From the human T2T-CHM13v2.0 reference genome, Homo sapiens: a stretch of DNA of 64,000 nucleotides. Location of the stretch: assembly GCF_009914755.1 (NCBI RefSeq), contig NC_060933.1, one strand, 5' to 3'. Position numbers and translations under genes: made by a program. Positions within the stretch are counted from its first letter, which is position 1; each line of letters opens with the position of its first letter. Below the pieces are notes generated by a model. That model made no database searches and was not told where the DNA came from. It saw only the letters and a program-made list of their open reading frames with translations. Positions 62,792-64,000 of the stretch are shown piece by piece.

Positions 62792-63028
62792 TTATGAAGT
62801 ATGAAGTTGAATAATTGAATCTAAGTTTCAGAAGAGAGATGACAAATGGAAGATATTGGTTTGAAAGCCTAGACCATCTGAAGCCATGAAAATGAATGGG
62901 AACACTTAAGAGAACAGGGCCAAGTTACTGAGCCCATGAATATGCCACCATTTGGAGATTGGGTAGAGAAAGAGGATAATCCAGAATAGAAGACTCAGAG
63001 GGACCAGCCAGTAGTTTGGTCCATTATC

Positions 63029-63129
63029 CAATTATCTATGGATAATGAGAATTTTATATATTCCTTTAAAGTCTACAATCTACAGATTTTAAAGGAAGAT
63101 ATACAACTCTCATTATCCATAGATAATTG
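63029..63129. repeat. Inverted repeat: 46-bp arms (42/46), 9-nt spacer
   Basis: 63029-63074 is the reverse complement of 63084-63129; outer 22 bp perfect. Confidence 0.95.
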
Positions 63130-63659
63130 ATTAGAAACAAATTCCAAAAATAATCCACAGATAAAATACTCAAGTGAGTTCATTAAGGCTACTCAAATAA
63201 GTGAGCTCATTAAGGCAATAATTAGGAGAAAACAAATCACTTCAAGGCAGGAGTGGCCAACTATGTCAAATGTTGCTGAGAAGTGAGGTAAGAAAAGAAC
63301 AAAACAGAGGCTATTGAATTTGGCAGCTCAATGGTACGGGGAGCACTGGAGCTCAACTGGAATAAATTGAGGAAAGAATGTGAGGTGAGTAAAGAAGCAG
63401 CAACTACTAACAGGAGAAAAAGCCTCTGGATATTGTAGGTGTGAGTGCCTTCGGAAGCTGGGCAGGTCTACTCACAATATTGAAGGATCTTAATGAAAGG
63501 TTTACTATGGCTTAAAATGAGGGGATTGGTGCACATGTTGGTGAGTTTGACCAGATAACCTTGGAAATATCTGTCACACAGGTATATTCTAGGATACTTT
63601 TATTCTGCAGTATTTGATATTGTTCTCTTTTTGCCTAAATTATCAGTGTTGTGTCCCCT

Positions 63660-63890
63660 ACCTGATCCCTCTACAACCTTATGAAAGATAGATAAATTAT
63701 TTCATTAGTCTTTATTAAATAGAATGAATTTTTATTACTTTCTCAGTAGACTATAGATTGGGAGAAACTGATGTTATTCAACTATCTTACAATGTAGATA
63801 AGACAATTAAGACTCCAGGAAGTGAAATGATTAGTCAAGTAGAAAATTCAAAGATAATAGCAAATCTAGGACTAGAACCCATCTCCTAGT
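63660..63890 (-). mobile_element. MIR SINE (degenerate)
   Basis: CTCTACAACCTTATGAAAG...CTAGGACTAGAACCCATCTCCT. Confidence 0.5.
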
Positions 63891-64000
63891 TTCATTTTTC
63901 ATCATCTTATTACTCCTCTATTTTTGGTTTATATCTTTTTTTAGACTATCTGCTTAGAATAAGAACTTTCAAAGTTGTATTGCTAAAAATAGTAAAACAG

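Overview
Primate (human or great-ape) genomic DNA: AT-rich, CpG-poor and repeat-dense, most consistent with a long intron or intergenic segment. I find no supported cellular protein-coding exon. Nearly all ORF-track entries are L1 ORF1/ORF2 remnants, Alu/LTR read-throughs or chance ORFs. The window holds about 22 Alu elements or fragments (19 plus, 3 minus), a 4.2-kb 5'-truncated L1PA4-like copy (7.1-11.3 kb), a full-length dead L1PA7-like copy (27.3-33.7 kb) and a short L1PA3-like 3' end. Older repeats include L1M, L2, MIR and L3 fossils, ERVL/MaLR LTRs (MLT2A2, MSTA, THE1B, THE1D, MLT1) and DNA transposon fossils (MER3, MER5A, MER20, MER58, Tigger3, Zaphod). Subfamily names come from recalled diagnostic sequence, not a database search. 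The most unusual structures seen directly in the sequence are: (1) a 56-bp, 55/56-identical inverted copy of 14367-14422 inserted into an old Alu monomer about 0.9 kb away; (2) a ~150-bp 3' transduction inside the target-site duplication (TSD) of the full-length L1; (3) a 101-bp fold-back hairpin with 46-bp arms inside a multi-template-switch scar at 63.0-63.2 kb; (4) a 30-nt tailless U6 retrocopy with a 19-bp TSD; (5) a candidate sense-Alu-derived cassette exon flanked by inverted Alus. I see no evidence of a new multi-gene biological system; the interest lies in retrotransposition and repair scars and in possible RNA-level effects.
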